A stretch of 64,000 nucleotides of DNA from Eledone cirrhosa (lineage: Eukaryota): NCBI GenBank assembly GCA_964016885.1, contig OZ024744.1:36890001-36954000 (forward strand). Direction: 5' to 3'. The translations under genes were made by a program, and so were the position numbers. A model generated the notes under the pieces. The model worked only from the letters and a program-made list of their open reading frames with translations, did not search any database and was not told the origin of the DNA. This document shows, one piece after another, positions 36,006-50,700 of this stretch (the stretch's first letter is position 1; the number at the start of each line of letters is the position of its first letter).

Positions 36006-39000
36006 GTTTTCTTTATTAACCACAAGGGTTTACATAAAGTAGACATTAAGGACAGTACAGGACAATACAGGACGGTACAAATGGGCATTTCTGCGTGTAA
36101 AAAAACAGAGGTCGAAATAAAATAACAAAGAAAAATTCCCCAATAGGGGGGAGACTTCCGAGGGACATTTGTGGAGAAAGCCCATTAAAAGACCACAGTG
36201 GCCCTGACCACCAGGGCAAGTGCCCTCTCCCAGTTTTCCACCTTTAATTTACAGACACATACTCAGAGAAGGCCCATTCATTCGGGCCATACTTGCTTCT
36301 CTCACCCATCTTTCAACAAAATGCTGGGAAGAGAGCACTTCCCTCTCTACCCTGATTTTCCTTTTCAGATGAAATTTGAAAAAGTTAATCAGGGCATCAC
36401 CGAAGAGGTAAGTGCTCGTCTTCAGCCCTTTCAAAAGTATCCACGTTACTATCTCTTTCGCCATGGCCACCAGACAGATAAAAACTGCCTGCCCTTCCCG
36501 GCTAAAGAAAGAGGGCGGGGAAATCCTCACGATGGACTCAGCTGATAGCTGGATCCGTCCTACACGTGACAGCAGGTGTTCGACATAAACCCACAAGTCA
36601 GCAATGCTCGGACACTGGACGAGTGCGTGCAGGACGGTTTCGTCGCCCTGCGCGCATCTCGGACATGCCCGGCTGACGGCACCTCCATGCCTGTAGAGTT
36701 TATCCCGAACTGGCAAAGCTCCTCGGTAGCACTGCCAGGCCAGGGAATTCTGGAAGTTGTCCATAGGCCCCGGCCCGAAAGTTCTTCCGAAGAGATTGGC
36801 TAGTTGATCTTCGTCGACGCCTAGAGTTTCTCCAAATACGTCGTCGCTCTTCCCCTCCACTAATCCCCTATAGAACGCCAAGGTGGAGTTTCCACCGATC
36901 ACATTGCCCGATTGGTCGAGGGCTGTGAGCGCCTGAAGACATTCCAGTCTCCAAGCGCTACCTCTCGGTCTTCGCTTGACCCAGGACTGCAGCTCCATCA
37001 AGGAGACGAGCTGGGGAAAAACGTGTCTAGCAAACGGCGACCACACCTGATCACCGTCGAGGAAGAGGTGGAGATGTCGTAGCCTGAGCGCGTGTCTGCG
37101 TATCATCAGCCACGGCATGCCCAGCACTCCACGTAGCGGGTGTTGACAGCAGATGGACCGCCTGACCATCGGAGCGCGTCCCTTCCACAAGAAGCGAAAG
37201 AGCAAACGCTCCAGCGCAGTCAGGCGGGGCTTAGGACAAGGTACGACGGTCAGGCGGTAGTAGATGACGGATGCGATGTACGCATTCGCCACCTCCGCTC
37301 GACCTTTCAGGGATAGCTTCCTCTCGACCTATTTCTGGGTGAGAGAAGCCACCCTGCTCGTCACCTCGTCCCAGTTTTTGTCCGTCTGGAGGTCTGGACC
37401 GAACCAGACCCCTAGCAATTTAACCGGACCGCCCGTCCAGCGCCCGACGACGCTGTTGGACGGCATGGACCTGCCTCTCCAGGTGCCGAGCTGCAGGCCC
37501 ACTGACTTTTCCTGGTTGATCATTGCTCCGCTTCGTATTCTCTTAGTGTAGTGCCGATCGCCTCGATGTGTTTGGTGTTCGACACCACTACGGTGACATC
37601 GTCCGCATATGCTGACACGGATTTTCCGCATCCTAGTGTGCGCGGGATCCCCCTCAACGTCTCCAGTTTCTGCAGTAATGGCTCGAAAGTCAATACGTAC
37701 AAGAGGGACGAGAGGGGACATCCTTGGCGGACCGAGCGCATGATGTTGAACGGTTCCGAAAGGTGATCGTTCACTCTCACCACAGTACATGGCAGCGATC
37801 GAGCCTCTGAAGACGGGCCCCAAACCAGCCGCCCTCAGGACTGCCGCTAGATAACGATGGTCGACCCTATCGAAAGCTTTCGACTGATCTAAGTTTATCA
37901 AAGACCCACCCGTGCCAGGTTCGCTAGCTACCCTCTCTACGATGTATCGCATCAGGTGTAGGTTGTCGTGGATGGATCTGTGGGGAATGGCGCATGTCTG
38001 CACCTCTCCCACCAGACCACCAACGACAAGCGCCAACCTCTTTGCTAGCACCTTGGCCAAAATCTTGAACTCAGTGTTTAGCAGAGTTATCGGCCTAAAA
38101 TTATCTATGTTATCCCTCTTGTTCGGATCCTTTCTCAGCAGCGGCACCGTTCCTCGGCTCACAGAGCTGGGAATTCTCCCGTTCTGTTGCCAGTTGCAGT
38201 AGACGTCCGCCAAGAGGCCTCCGAACAAGTCTGGCATTTGTACGTAAAGTTCATAGGGCAGACCATCCAAACCAGGCGATTTACCCCTTGTGAAGCCAGT
38301 CATTGCCTCCAGTACTTCAGCGGTTGTTATCGGCTTTTCGCAACATTCCGTCTCAGTGGCCGAAAGCCGCGGCAGTCCATCGAGGTAGACACTAAAGTCC
38401 ATCCCTCGATTCGGCCCGCCACTGCTCCCGAACAGTTGAGCGAAGCGTCGCTGAAAAGCTTCACACATTTGCCCGGGATCGAGTAGCATGCGCCCGTCGT
38501 GGTCCACCAAAGACCGGATCGTGGCGTTGTTGCAACGACGCGCCTCCGCCACTCGGGCCCATTGAACAGCTTTCGTCCCCTCGTGTCTGAGAGAACGCAC
38601 CCTAGCTCTGACAACGCAGCCTACGTGCTTTGCATTGAAGAATTGGTCAAGGGCCAATTTCGCCGCAAGTACGTCTGTCGCGGTGCCTTTGCAAAGCGCC
38701 TCGTCTAATTTTCTAACTAATTCTCCCTCTGCTCTATTTTTCTCTATTGCTAAAGCCTTATTAAACCTAATGGACTCTATTCTAATTGCTCTTTTCAGAG
38801 CAAACCACCACTTGCTGTTGACGATGGCCCCCGTCAACGCCCGCTTAACTAGTTCGCTAATCCGGTCTCTGTAGGCCTTGCGCGCTGGTAAGGACGCGTT
38901 TAGCTTCCAGTAGCCGGCTCCTCGTCTATGAAACCTATCTAAATCAAGCACACAGATCACGAATTTGTGGTCCGTGTAGCTGACTATTTTGAATTGTGGA

Positions 39001-41830
39001 CAGCCTATGCTAGACCTATCTATTTCCCTACAAAATATTCTATCTAGATATGATCTGGATGACCCTATGCGATTTGTCCAAGTCCACATTGGTACATTCG
39101 AGAAATCCAAACGGTACCTGTCAGACAGTTCAAAACGCCTGAGCAGGTTGGTGAGACTCTTGCACCCTCCTCCCCTATCCACTAATCCCACACAATCCCA
39201 GCGTGTATCTAAGATCCCGCTCCAGTCGCCCACTAACACTAAAGAGCGGGACGTTCCAAGAAAGGTCTCCAGACGCTTGAAGAAATCAGGCCGCCCTGCT
39301 CCTGTCGGGGCATAGACGGCCACTAACCTGAAAGCTTGCCCGTCTCCGCTGGTCACGTCCAGCACCACCACTTACCTTCTGGGTCCAGGAAGATGGCCCG
39401 TATGGCAAGATCCAAACCTCTCCGAAAAAACACAGCAACTCCACCCCCCGATCCCGGACGGCTGGGAGATGCGTACACATCGTAGCCGCCGAAGATCGGT
39501 GCGAAGTCCCGTGCTTTGGAGGTTCTGGTCACGCTGATGGCCACTACATCTATGTTTAGTGACCTGAGGTCGTTGAACAGGTGGCCCTGCTTCCATGACG
39601 ACCCCAAGCCATGCGCATTTATGCTGCCTATTCTGAGTGAGGTTATGTTGAAAAGGAGTGAAAAAGATGGGAAAGACCACTTATCTTACTTCTCGTAGAG
39701 GAAGGACGGTTTTTCCATCTATTTCACTGCTTGTGGCCTCCTGGGGAAGGACGTCCTTATAAATCCTCCTGGAGAGTGCTTGTCGGAAGTCTCCGATGTC
39801 TTTGGGGAATTTTTGTTTTAGTGTCATGTACGTTTTCTGTGTGATGCGAGTGATTTGTATGTGTGGAGGTGGTGTGAATTTTTGGGTTGTTGTGTAGTCT
39901 TTTTCTGTGATGTTGGTGTTGTGTTGGATGTAGTGTAATAATTGCTTGTTGTTCAAATTTAATGCTGTGTAGTGTGTATCGTTTTGGTTGTTTTGTTTTG
40001 TTTGCGTTTGTTGTGGGTTTGTTTCTGTTTCGCATTTTGGTGACTTTTGTGGTGTAGGTGATGGTGGTGTTGGGGTTAATGATGGTGATGGTGTTGGTGT
40101 TTGGGGTGATGGGGTTGGTGATGCTGGTGTGGATGGTGGCATATCTATCCTAACTTTTTTGTTTGTTAATTTATTTGTTTCCCTCTGTATTTTGTTTTTG
40201 GAGGGGGAAGGAAGAGAATTTTTTCTTTTTTGGTTTCTTTTTTTCTTTTTTCCTGATACCGTTTCCCACTGCTCGTCGTCACAATCCGTCTCCAGTTGTG
40301 ATAGTCCGGGGAGTGGAAAATCCTCCACAGGCGTTAGTTCTGGTTGTGGCGTCCTGGATGGTATAGGCGCTGGTGCTAGTTCTGAAGCGTTGGGTGGTGT
40401 TGGTTTTGCTACTGTTGTGGGGTTGTTGCTGTTATAGTTGCTTCTCTTGTTGCTGCTACAGTTGTTGCTGCCATCTCTGCTACTTGTGGTGTTGATGGTT
40501 GATTCACTGGGGTGGGTAGGAGAGGTGGCCTCAACCTTTTAGCCTGAGTGCAGAAACCCCTTAGGTGGGTTCCTTCACCACAAACGACACACCTAGGCCT
40601 TCTGCCCTCGACAATTACGGTGAGGTGGCTGCCGTCAGGGAGGTCTATTACCTCTGGGATCTCCTCAATGCTTTTTTGGTCCGTTTGGATCAGGTGCTCC
40701 ATCCCAGATCCGGACCAGTTCTCCTGCTTTTCTTTTGCTATTGCTATTATCTTGGTGTTGGCTTCGATGCCGGCGTGGACGGCCGCTATTAGTCAGGGAA
40801 ATTCGATGGCCGGTGGAACGTGGGTCACCCTGATCTTTACGAGTCTCTGGCCACAATAGCTTGGGACGAGTGTGAAGTCGTCACTTTTTAATGGGGCCAT
40901 GGAGTGTTCTCTAGCCTCTTCTGGTGTTTCAAAGAACACGTCCACGGTTCCATACTTCTGCCCACGTCTGATGTGGGTTTTTCTTGCCCACACATATCCC
41001 AAAGCTTTATGGATATGGAACTCGGATGCCCGTTCCACTCGGCGCAATTTTACATTAATTGTTCGATACGACACGGTGCATAGGTGCCGATGCTCCATTT
41101 TATTAGGTGTGGGGGGAGGGGCTGACCCTGTACACATCTTTCTTTACCATTGTTTTGGCATTTTCTAATTCCTCCTGAGTTACCTGAAATGCTTCGCACT
41201 CTTTTGCTACTCTGGCAAAACTCAGTGTGGTTTTTTTAATGTCATTGTTGCTGTTGTTGTTATCGTTATTTTTGTTATTATTAATTTTAGTTTCACTTGT
41301 GGTGGTGGTGACGTCAGTGGTGTTCGGTGTGGAAGAGTCCATTTTGGTTGAATTCATTTCGACATCACGAGTTAATTTATTTTTTTCTTTTGTTTCTGTT
41401 GTAGCGGTGGTGGTGGGGGTGGGGGTTGTCGCGGTGGTGGTGGTGGTGGTGGCGGCTTTAACACCTGCAGTTATTGGTAATGGCGGGAAATGAATGTCTG
41501 CCTGAGACAAATTTAAAATATTGCTACTGCTTAAATTTTTTGTGTTGGCAAGCGTAGTAATATTTACAATGGTGGTGTCGGTGTGAGGTGATAGTTTATG
41601 AGGAAGGCTGTCAGCTTCGTGTGGCGGTGAGACTTCCATGTTTTTTTTTCAAAGAAATTTTTTTGATAATTATAAATGTTTAAATTTTGACCCCAATCTT
41701 TTTGGAAAACAATGTATGTGCGCTTATATACAGTTAACAATAAAATTTTCCATAAATGGCAATTTTTAACAAACGGAAACAACAAACCTTTGCGGAGCTC
41801 ACGATGATACGATTTACTACGTAGGTCGCC
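36006..41830 (-). mobile_element. Tx1/L1-clade element (copy C), full-length, frameshifted
   Basis: ORF1 pieces at 39681-41639 with CVVCGEGTHLRGFC knuckle; ORF2 APE-RT at 37329-39371, YADD in 37520-37783, C-terminus at 36249-37292; TTA tracts at both ends. Confidence 0.92.
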
Positions 41831-41857
41831 AATAATAATATTAATAATAATAATAAT

Positions 41858-44800
41858 GATTTCATTTATTGGCCACAAGGGCCGACATATAGGGGACAAT
41901 ACAAAAGATTGGGAGAGTGGGGTTTTACAGAAAAATCGAGTAAACAATATGAATAACAATAACAAATTAACAATAAAGTAACAATAAAATTACAACAACA
42001 AAAAATTCCCCAATAGGGGGGATGACAACCAGGGTTCGCTCAAGTACCCCACCAATCCTGAACGACCCGACGCTTCGAGAGCACCCTGGAAGGGCACCCC
42101 TATCCTCCTTAAATTTACCTACCTACAGCCGCATGACCAGAGTAGTTCCTCACACGGGCCATTCTCGCCACATTCACGCACCTTTCAGCAAATGTAGTGG
42201 GGGGCAGCACTTCTCTCTCCACCCTCACCTTCCTTTCCAAGTGAAACTTGAAAAAGTTTCGGAAAACAATGTATGAAAAGTGTCTGTCTTCAGTCCTTTC
42301 AACCTCGTCCACCATACAACCTCTTTCGCTACTGCCACCAGACAGAGGAAAATTGCCTGCCCTTCCTGGCCAAAAGAAGGCGGCAGGTCGATCTTCACTA
42401 TGGACTCGGCCGATAGCCGGATCCGTTCTACACGCGACAACAGCTGTTCAACATAACTCCACAAGTCAGTAATGCGCGGACACTGGTTGAGTGCGTGCAG
42501 AACGGTTTCGTCGCTCTGCGCGCATCTCGGGAAGGTCCGTCTGACAGCACTTCCGTGCCTGTAGAGCTTATCTCGAACCGGTAGTGCCTCCCGGTAGCAC
42601 TGCCAAGCGAGGGATTTTTGGAAATTATCCATCGTCCCCGGCTCGAAAGTCCTCCGGTAGAGACTGGTTAGTTCGACTTCGTTGACTCCCAGAGGCTCTC
42701 CGAGTGCGTCGTCGCACTTGCCCACCACTAATCGTCTATAGAACTCGAGAGTGGAAGTTCCACTGACCGCATTGCCCGCCTGGTAGAGGGCAGTGAGTGC
42801 CTGGCAACATTCCAGATGCCAGTCACCCAGTCTAGGTCTCTTCTTGACCCAGGACTGCAACTCAGTCAAAGAAACCAGCTGCGGAAAGCCCGTCTGACAA
42901 ACGGCGACCACACCTGTTCACCGTTCAGGCAGAATATCTGGAGATGCCGCAGCCTCAGCGCGTACCTGCGCATCATTAGCCACGGCATGCCCAGCCCTCC
43001 ACGTACAGGGTGCTGACAGCAGATTGACAGCCTCACCAGTGGAACCTGACCCCTCCACAAGAATTTGGAGAGGCGCGAACGGGGGCAAGGGACGACGGTC
43101 AGACGGTAGTAGATGACGGACGCGATGTACGTGTTCGCCACCTCCGCCCGACCTTTCAGTGATAGCTTCATCCCATCCTATTTCTGGGTGAGACTGGCTA
43201 CCCTGCCCGTCACATCGTCCCAATTCTTATCCACCTGGAGGTCTGGCCCGTAGCAAACCCCTAGCAACTTTACCGGTCCGTCCGTCCAGCGCCTTTTCCG
43301 GGTTAAGTTTTGCTCCCGTCAACCTTTCATATTCCTCCAATAAGTTGCCGACCACCTCGATTTCTGAGGTGTCCGACACCATCACGGTGATGTTCGCATA
43401 AGCCGACACAGCCTTTCCTTTCCCGGTTCGAGCCGGATGCCCTGCAATAGCTCCAGCTTTTCCCGTAAAGGCTCGAGAGTCAATACGTACAGAAGGGAGG
43501 AGAGAGGGCGCCCTTGACGGACCGATCCGGAGACCTGAAACGGTTCCGAGAGGTGGCCATTAATTTTGACCATCGAGCAGGTGCCGCTGTGCATTGCAGC
43601 GATCCAGCTTCTGAAGATGGAACCCAAGCCAGCCGCCTTGAGGACAGCCTCCAGGTACCGATGGTCGACCCTACCGAAAGCTTTCCAGTGATCTAAATTG
43701 ATCAGAGGCCCACCGAAGCCAGGTTTACACACAACCCTCTCTATGATGTATCGCATTAGGTGGAGGTTGTCATGTATGAACCTGGTTGGGATTGCGCCAG
43801 TCTGCGCCTCCCCAACCAAATCCCCGACGACAAGCGCCAACCTCTTCGCTAACACCCTGGCCAAAATCTTAAACTCTGTGTTGAGCAGAGTTATGGGCCC
43901 GAAATTGTCTAATATGTCCCTCTTGTTCTCGTATTTCCATATCAGCGTCACTACGCCCCGGCTCACAGAACTGGGAATACTCCCGTTTTGCTGCCAGATG
44001 CAGTAGAGGGCTTCGAGGAGATTGGAGAACAAGTCTGGCATATTTACGTAAAGCTCGTAGGGCAGACCATCCAAGCCGGGTGACTTGCGCCTCATGCAGC
44101 CGACAAGGGCATCCTGAATCTCGGCTGAAGTAATTGGCCTTTCGCAGCGCCCAGCGTCAGCCGTCGATAGTTGCGGCAAGCCATCGAGGTAGGGACTGAA
44201 GTCCGAGACCATCTCTGACCCACCACTTCCCCCGAACAACCGAGCAAAATGTTGGCGAAAAGCCTCACACATCCTCTTGGAATCGCTCACCTCGTGTCCG
44301 TCTCGGTCCGTCAAAGACCGAATCCTGGTTTTATTACCACGCTGCGCCTCCTCCACGCGGGCCCATCGAACAGCTTTGGTTCCCTCGTTTCTCAGAGCAC
44401 GCGCCTTAGCTCTGACAATGCAATCTTCGTGTTTCGCATTGAAGAAATGGTCTAATGCCATTCTCGCCGCTAGCACGTCAGTTGCAATGCCACTACCAAT
44501 AGCCTCGTCTAACTCATCTACCAACTCCCCTCCTTTCTATATTTCTCTAACTCTTCTTCTTTGCTAAACTCTATCGACATTACTCTAATCTCTCTTTTGA
44601 GAGACCCCGCCATCTATTGTTGACGACTCCCCCTGTCAACTTTTTCTTAACTAAACTGTTGACCTGGTCCCTGTAAGCCTTACGTGCCGGAAATGACATG
44701 TTTAGCTTCCAGTAACCTGGTCCTAACCTACGCGTCTTATCTAGGCCGACCATACAGATCACAAACTTGTGATCTGAATAGGCGACCGTTTCAAAACGTG

Positions 44801-47670
44801 GACAGCTAACACTATTTCTTTCTATTTTCCTAATGAATATCCTGTCTATATACGATCTAGATGACCCTATGCGGTTAGCCCAGGTCCACACTGGCGCATT
44901 AGGGAAATCTAGTCCTGTCAGACAGTTGGAACTGGCTGATCAGGTTCTTGAGTATTTTGCACACACCCCCCGCTCCTATCGGATACTCCCACACAGTCCC
45001 ATCGTGCGTCTAAGATGCCGTTCTAGTCCCCCGCTAACAGTAAAGGGCGAGACGTACCCAGAAAGGCTTCCAGGCGTCTAAAGAAGTCAGGCCGTCCTGC
45101 CGCAGTAGGAGCATAGACGGCCACCAGTCTAAAGGCACCACCTTCGTTGTTTTTCACGTCCAGGACCACCAACTTCCCGTCCGGGTACCGTAAGATAGAC
45201 CTTACCTCGATATCCAGGCCTTTCCTAAACAGCACTGCCACCCCGCCTCCCATTCCCGGCCGGCTAACAGAATCAAAGATCTGATAGTCGTCGAAAATGG
45301 GGGCTAGTGCGCGCGTGTCGGAAATCCTGGTCTCGCTGACGGCAATTACATGCATTTCTATAGACCTGAGGTCGTTGAGCAGGTGACCCTGCTTCCAGGA
45401 CGATCCCAGGCCTCGAACATTTAAACATCCTACTCTGAATAAAGCGATGTTGGCAGGTTAAAAAGAGAGAGAGGAAGGTTTACTTACCTTCCGGGCTCTT
45501 GTGAAGGTCGGGTTTTTCGACCTTCATAGTTGGTGGGGTTTCTTTTGGGAAATCGTTTAAATGTCTTGAAGTGGGTTTTACGTTCGGGGTTCCCACGTCC
45601 CGAAAAAAGCTGTCTCGTATTTCTTTGAATATATCGAGCGACATTCGCACCAGAACCAAATCTTCTGGCACGTGAAATGTGCTCGATTTAAAAATTTCCC
45701 CCTCCTTTTGTATATTTTCACTTCGTGCTACGAGGGCCATCAGTTCCTTGTTGGCCCTCCTGACGAGCACGAAGTTTTGTATGTTTTGTTGGTGTGATTT
45801 TATTTGTTTGCGTGGCTGTGGTGGTGATAGTTTTGGTGGTGTTGTTTCGGTTGTGTCTGTGTTTGTTGTGAGTGCGGTGTCTGTGGTTTCAGATGTTTGT
45901 GTGTATATTTGTTCTTGCGTCTGTTTAGGTTGTTTGCGTTTGGGGGATTCTGGTGATGGTGATGGTGGTGTTAATGTTGGTGTTATTGGAGAGATGTTTG
46001 CGTGGGTGGTATCTGCGTTTTCTACTGTGGGTGATTTTGTGCTTTGTTGAGTTTTTTTTTTCTTTTTGTGTTGAGTTTTTTTGTATTTTGGGGGATTTTG
46101 GTTTTCCCTCATCTTCACTACTGGTAGATGAGGGGTCTGTGTCTCTAAGTGTGTCTTTATGTATGTTTATGGTTTTATTGGTGTATGTATTTTTTTTTGG
46201 GGGGGGGGGGGATTTGACAGCTTTCCTCGTTTCCCCCCTGGGTGGCCAATGTTGGTGGTGGTCTTTCTATTGTTGTTGTTGGTGGTGGTTTTGCCGGTGC
46301 TGGTGTTGGTTGTGGTCCACGCCCCGGCCTCGGCAGCAATAGAGCCTTTCGACCCCTTGCCTCTTTCAGCAGTTGAGGGCAGAAGGCTCGCAAATGGGTT
46401 TTTTTCCCACAAACAAAACACTGCGGCCTTTTAACTTCGGCCATAAGGTGAATGGCCGTCCCATTCTGAAGGCGGATGTGGTCCGGGATTGTCTTCACAT
46501 TCTCGGACCTGATCTGGAGAAGGATTTCCAGGTCAACCCCGGACCAGGCCCCTCTGGCCGTTCTAGTCACTTCTATAGGCACGGTATCCGTCCCCTCCAC
46601 AAGCACACATCCCAGAAGCCACCACATGTCAAGTCCTGGTGGAATTCTGGGAATGCGGAGACGGGCCGTTCTTTTTCCCATGTGGGATGGGTACATTATG
46701 ACCTTGATGGTTTTGCAAGGAGTCATAGCGTGTTTCATAGCGAGGGCTTCTGACTTGAACAACACGGAAATTGTGCCGTACTGTCTGCCCCTCTCTATGT
46801 ACTGGGTGTCTTCTCTGATGCACCTCAGCGCGACTTCGACATCTTCTTGTGGGATTAAAGCTGCCCTTTTGAATTGTGCTGAGATGCATCTATAATGCAC
46901 TGTTCTGCGCCACTGCCTCAATAGCGTCTACCGGGACAGTTAAGTTGGCCCAGGTTTGCTCTAGCTTGATGAGCTTCCATGCCTGGGCCAACTTTTCATC
47001 TTTGTTTGAGAGGTCCATGTTGAAGCATGGCATCTCCTTTGCTGCTGCCGCAGAGAAAGTGTTCTTCTTGTTTTCGTTGGGGGTGTTGTGGACGTTGTCG
47101 TTGTTCTTGTTGGTGTTGTTGTTAGCACTGTCGCTGTTATCATTGTTGTCTTTGTTGCCACCGTTGTTCTCGGTGCAGTTGGTATTGTTGCTGTTGGTGC
47201 TGTCGCTATTTGTTTTCATGTTAGTGGTGTTGATATTGTTGTTGTATTTGATATTTTTTTTTTGTTATCTGTATTTTCGTTGTCGCTGTTACTGTCATTT
47301 ATTTCAAAATTAGAGTTCTCATTGGTATCATTGGTGTCTTTGTTTACCTTGTTTGTGGTGGTGTTTGTGTTATCAATTTGTGTTAATTTCGCTGTAGCGC
47401 TCCTCTCAACTTCTAGTCGTTGTCGCACGACAGCCGACATATCGCTGGGAGGCGTGGCTCAGCCATGTTATTTTTCTCCGTAAATGTTTTAACATGTAAA
47501 AAGAATTCAAATATTTGGGCCAAAAGGCCCAAACATTATACTTTCCCCTTGACAGGGCAAAGTCTAAGGGCTTATATCCCTTACATAACAAGAAATATTT
47601 AACAACAAATAATTTTAACAGGCAAATAAAGCGACTTACTGGGAGCGAGCAAAATAAGTCCGCTTAGACC
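41858..47670 (-). mobile_element. Tx1/L1-clade element (copy D), full-length, degenerate
   Basis: ORF1 at 45480-47440 with CFVCGKKTHLRAFC; ORF2 APE-RT pieces at 42115-45448; TTA tracts at both ends. Confidence 0.92.
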
Positions 47671-47726
47671 AACAATCATAATAATAATAATAATAATAAT
47701 AATAAGAAGAAGAAGAAGAAGAAGAA

Positions 47727-50700
47727 GAACGGAGGAACCACCCGAAGCAGACAATGATCTGAATACTGAGATAAATAATACCTGGAACAGAGATACGGCC
47801 ACTGAGGAGATGAATGCTGACGGGCTAGGACAAGATTCGGTTGACATCCTAAATTTAGTGGTAGATGAGTTGAACAATGATAGTGGGAGACCTATGAACC
47901 TAAGATTTGTAGACAGGAAAAAGTTAAAAGAAACAACAGCTAAGGTAAACAAAGTCATCCCATACCTTGAGGCGAGGAGTCTTCACCAGTGCAACAATAT
48001 CCTCAAAGCAACAGCAAATACGGTGAGGAAACTACTTGGTATAAAAGCGAGAGGAAACAACAGACAAGAAAGAGCAGAGCCGTGGTGGAAGAAGCGACTG
48101 AGTGGGCAAATCGGGGAAATGAGAAATGACATAGGAAAGCTTGAGTCACTACTGAATGGGACACTAAAAAACATAGGCACTAAAAATAGACTGGAAATAA
48201 AATACAAAACTAGGAGTAAAAAGCTAAATATTATCATAGAGGAATTGAAGCAACGCATTGTAGCAAAGAGTGCCAAAATCAGGCGATACGAGAACAGAGT
48301 CAGTCAGTATAAACAGAACCGCATGTTCGACAACAACCAGAAGATGCTGTTTGGACAGCTTGAGGGGAAAGAAAGAGGCAACGACTTGATCCCTGGGGCG
48401 GAACAAGCTAAAACATTCTGGAGAGGAATATGGGAGCAGGATGTTAGACACAATGCCCAGGCAGGGTGGATTGAGACAGTACAGAGGGAGATCGGTGAGC
48501 AGGCACAGCAACAGACTGATTTGAGTATCACAGTTGAAACTCTTAAGGGGAAAGCCAAAAAACTAACCAACTGGAAATCACCAGGCCCAGATGGTGTGCA
48601 GGGGTATTGGATTAAACATTTAACATCCCTCCACCCGAAGCTGACGGCCATGTTCAATGACTGCTTGGTGTCGGGTGAGGTGCCAGAGTGGTTGACAAAA
48701 GGTACCACAGTTCTGATAATGAAAGACCGAATCAAGGGTAATGATGTTACCAACTATAGACCTATCACATGTCTGCCCGTAATGTGGAAACTGTTGACGA
48801 GCATTGTGTCTGAGGAAATCTACCATCACCTCCACACAAACAACTTGTTGCCGGACGACCAGAAAGGATGCCGAAAGAAGTCACGTGGTACAAAGGACCA
48901 GTTGCTTATTGATAAGATGGTAATGGGGAATTGCAGGAGGAGACACACTGATCTTGCCATGGGATGGATAGACTACAGAAAGGCATTTGACATGGTGCCT
49001 CATTCCTGGATCACCAAAAGCCTGGAGATCTTCAGGGTGGCAGATAACATCAGACAGTTGCTGGGCAGGAGTATGGGGTCCTGGGAGACAGAGTTGACAT
49101 CAACTGGAGTATCCTTGGGAAGCGTGAAGATCAAGAGAGGTATCTTCCAGGGAGATAGCCTGTCCCCTCTGTTGTTTGTCCTTGCCCTGATGCCCTTGAC
49201 AATTATGCTGCGAAAAGTGAGAGCAGGATACAAGTTGGGAAGGGGAGAGCTTACCATCAATCACCTCCTCTTCATGGACGATCTTAAGCTCTTCGGGAAA
49301 AGTGAGAAGGAGTTGGATGTGCTTGTTGACACTGTCCGTATTTTCAGCAGTGATATATGTATGCAGTTTGGTATTGGTAAATGTGGAGTCATTGTGATGA
49401 GGAGGGGTAGGTTGAGCAGAAGTAACGGGATCCAGATACCAACAGGTGAGATGATAAAGGAAATTGACTCTGAGGAAGGATACAAGTATTTGGGCGTTCT
49501 GGAGGCTGATGGCATAAAGAACAAAAAAATGAAGGAATTGTTAAGAACTGAATACATTCGGAGAGTAAGGAGCGTATTGAAGTCACATCTGAACAGCAGA
49601 AATGCCATAAGCGCAGTAAATTCCCGAGCTGTGTCTATTATTAGGTACAGTACGGGAATTCTGAGATGGAATGTTGCTGAACAAAAAGAAATGGATAGGA
49701 AGACTAGGAAGCTATTGACTATCTACAACATGTTCCACAAGAGGAGTGATGTCGATAGACTCTACCTAAGGAGATCTGAGGGTGGAAGAGGTCTTATCAG
49801 CATAGAGGACTGTGTTCAGATGGAGAAAAACAACCTATACAAATACGTGACCTATAGTAAGGAGCCAATGCTCAGAGCTGTACTGAAGGAGGGGACAGTA
49901 GGCCAGGGGATACCCAAGGAGGAAATAACATCAAGGAGGAAGAGCAGCCTTAAGGGAAAATCCCTTCATAGTACCTTCTTTGAGAAAACTGAATTTAGAG
50001 ATCCACAGACATGGAACTGGTTGAGAAGAGGAGACCTCAAAAAGGCTACAGAAGGAATGCTAATGGCTGCGCAGGAGCAGGCCCGCCCTCAAAACGAAGT
50101 GGTTGAAGCACCATATCTACAAGGAGGAGGCTAGCCCACTGTGCAGGATCTGTGGAGAGAGAGAGGAGACTGTGGCTCACATTGTGTCCGAGTGTAAACA
50201 CCTAGCCCAGACCCACTATAAGGGCTGGAGACACGATGTGATGGGCAGGGTGATCCACTGGCATCTGTGCAAAGTAAACAATCTACCACATTCTGAGAAA
50301 TGGTATGAGCATAGGCCAGAGGCGGTGATGGAGAACAGTCAGGTGAAGGTGCTGTGGGATTTTAGGATACAGACGGACAAAAAACTGGAACACAATAGAC
50401 CTGACCTGGTGGTTGTGGACAAAGAAAAAAGATCGTGCCTGATTGTGGATGTGGCCTGCCCGTTCGACACGAGAGTGCAAGAGAAGGAGAGGGAGAAAAT
50501 TAACCGATACCAGGACCTAAAGTGGGAGGTGAAAAGGATTTGGAACTGCCATGAAGTCAAAGTGATCCCGATTGTCGTAGACGCACTGGGGACTATCTCC
50601 AAAGGTTTCCAGGGATGGTTAAAGAAAATCGGCCCCTTCACGCTTTTTGGAACGCTTCAAAAGGCATGCTTGCTTGGAACGGCAAGAACCCTCCGATACG

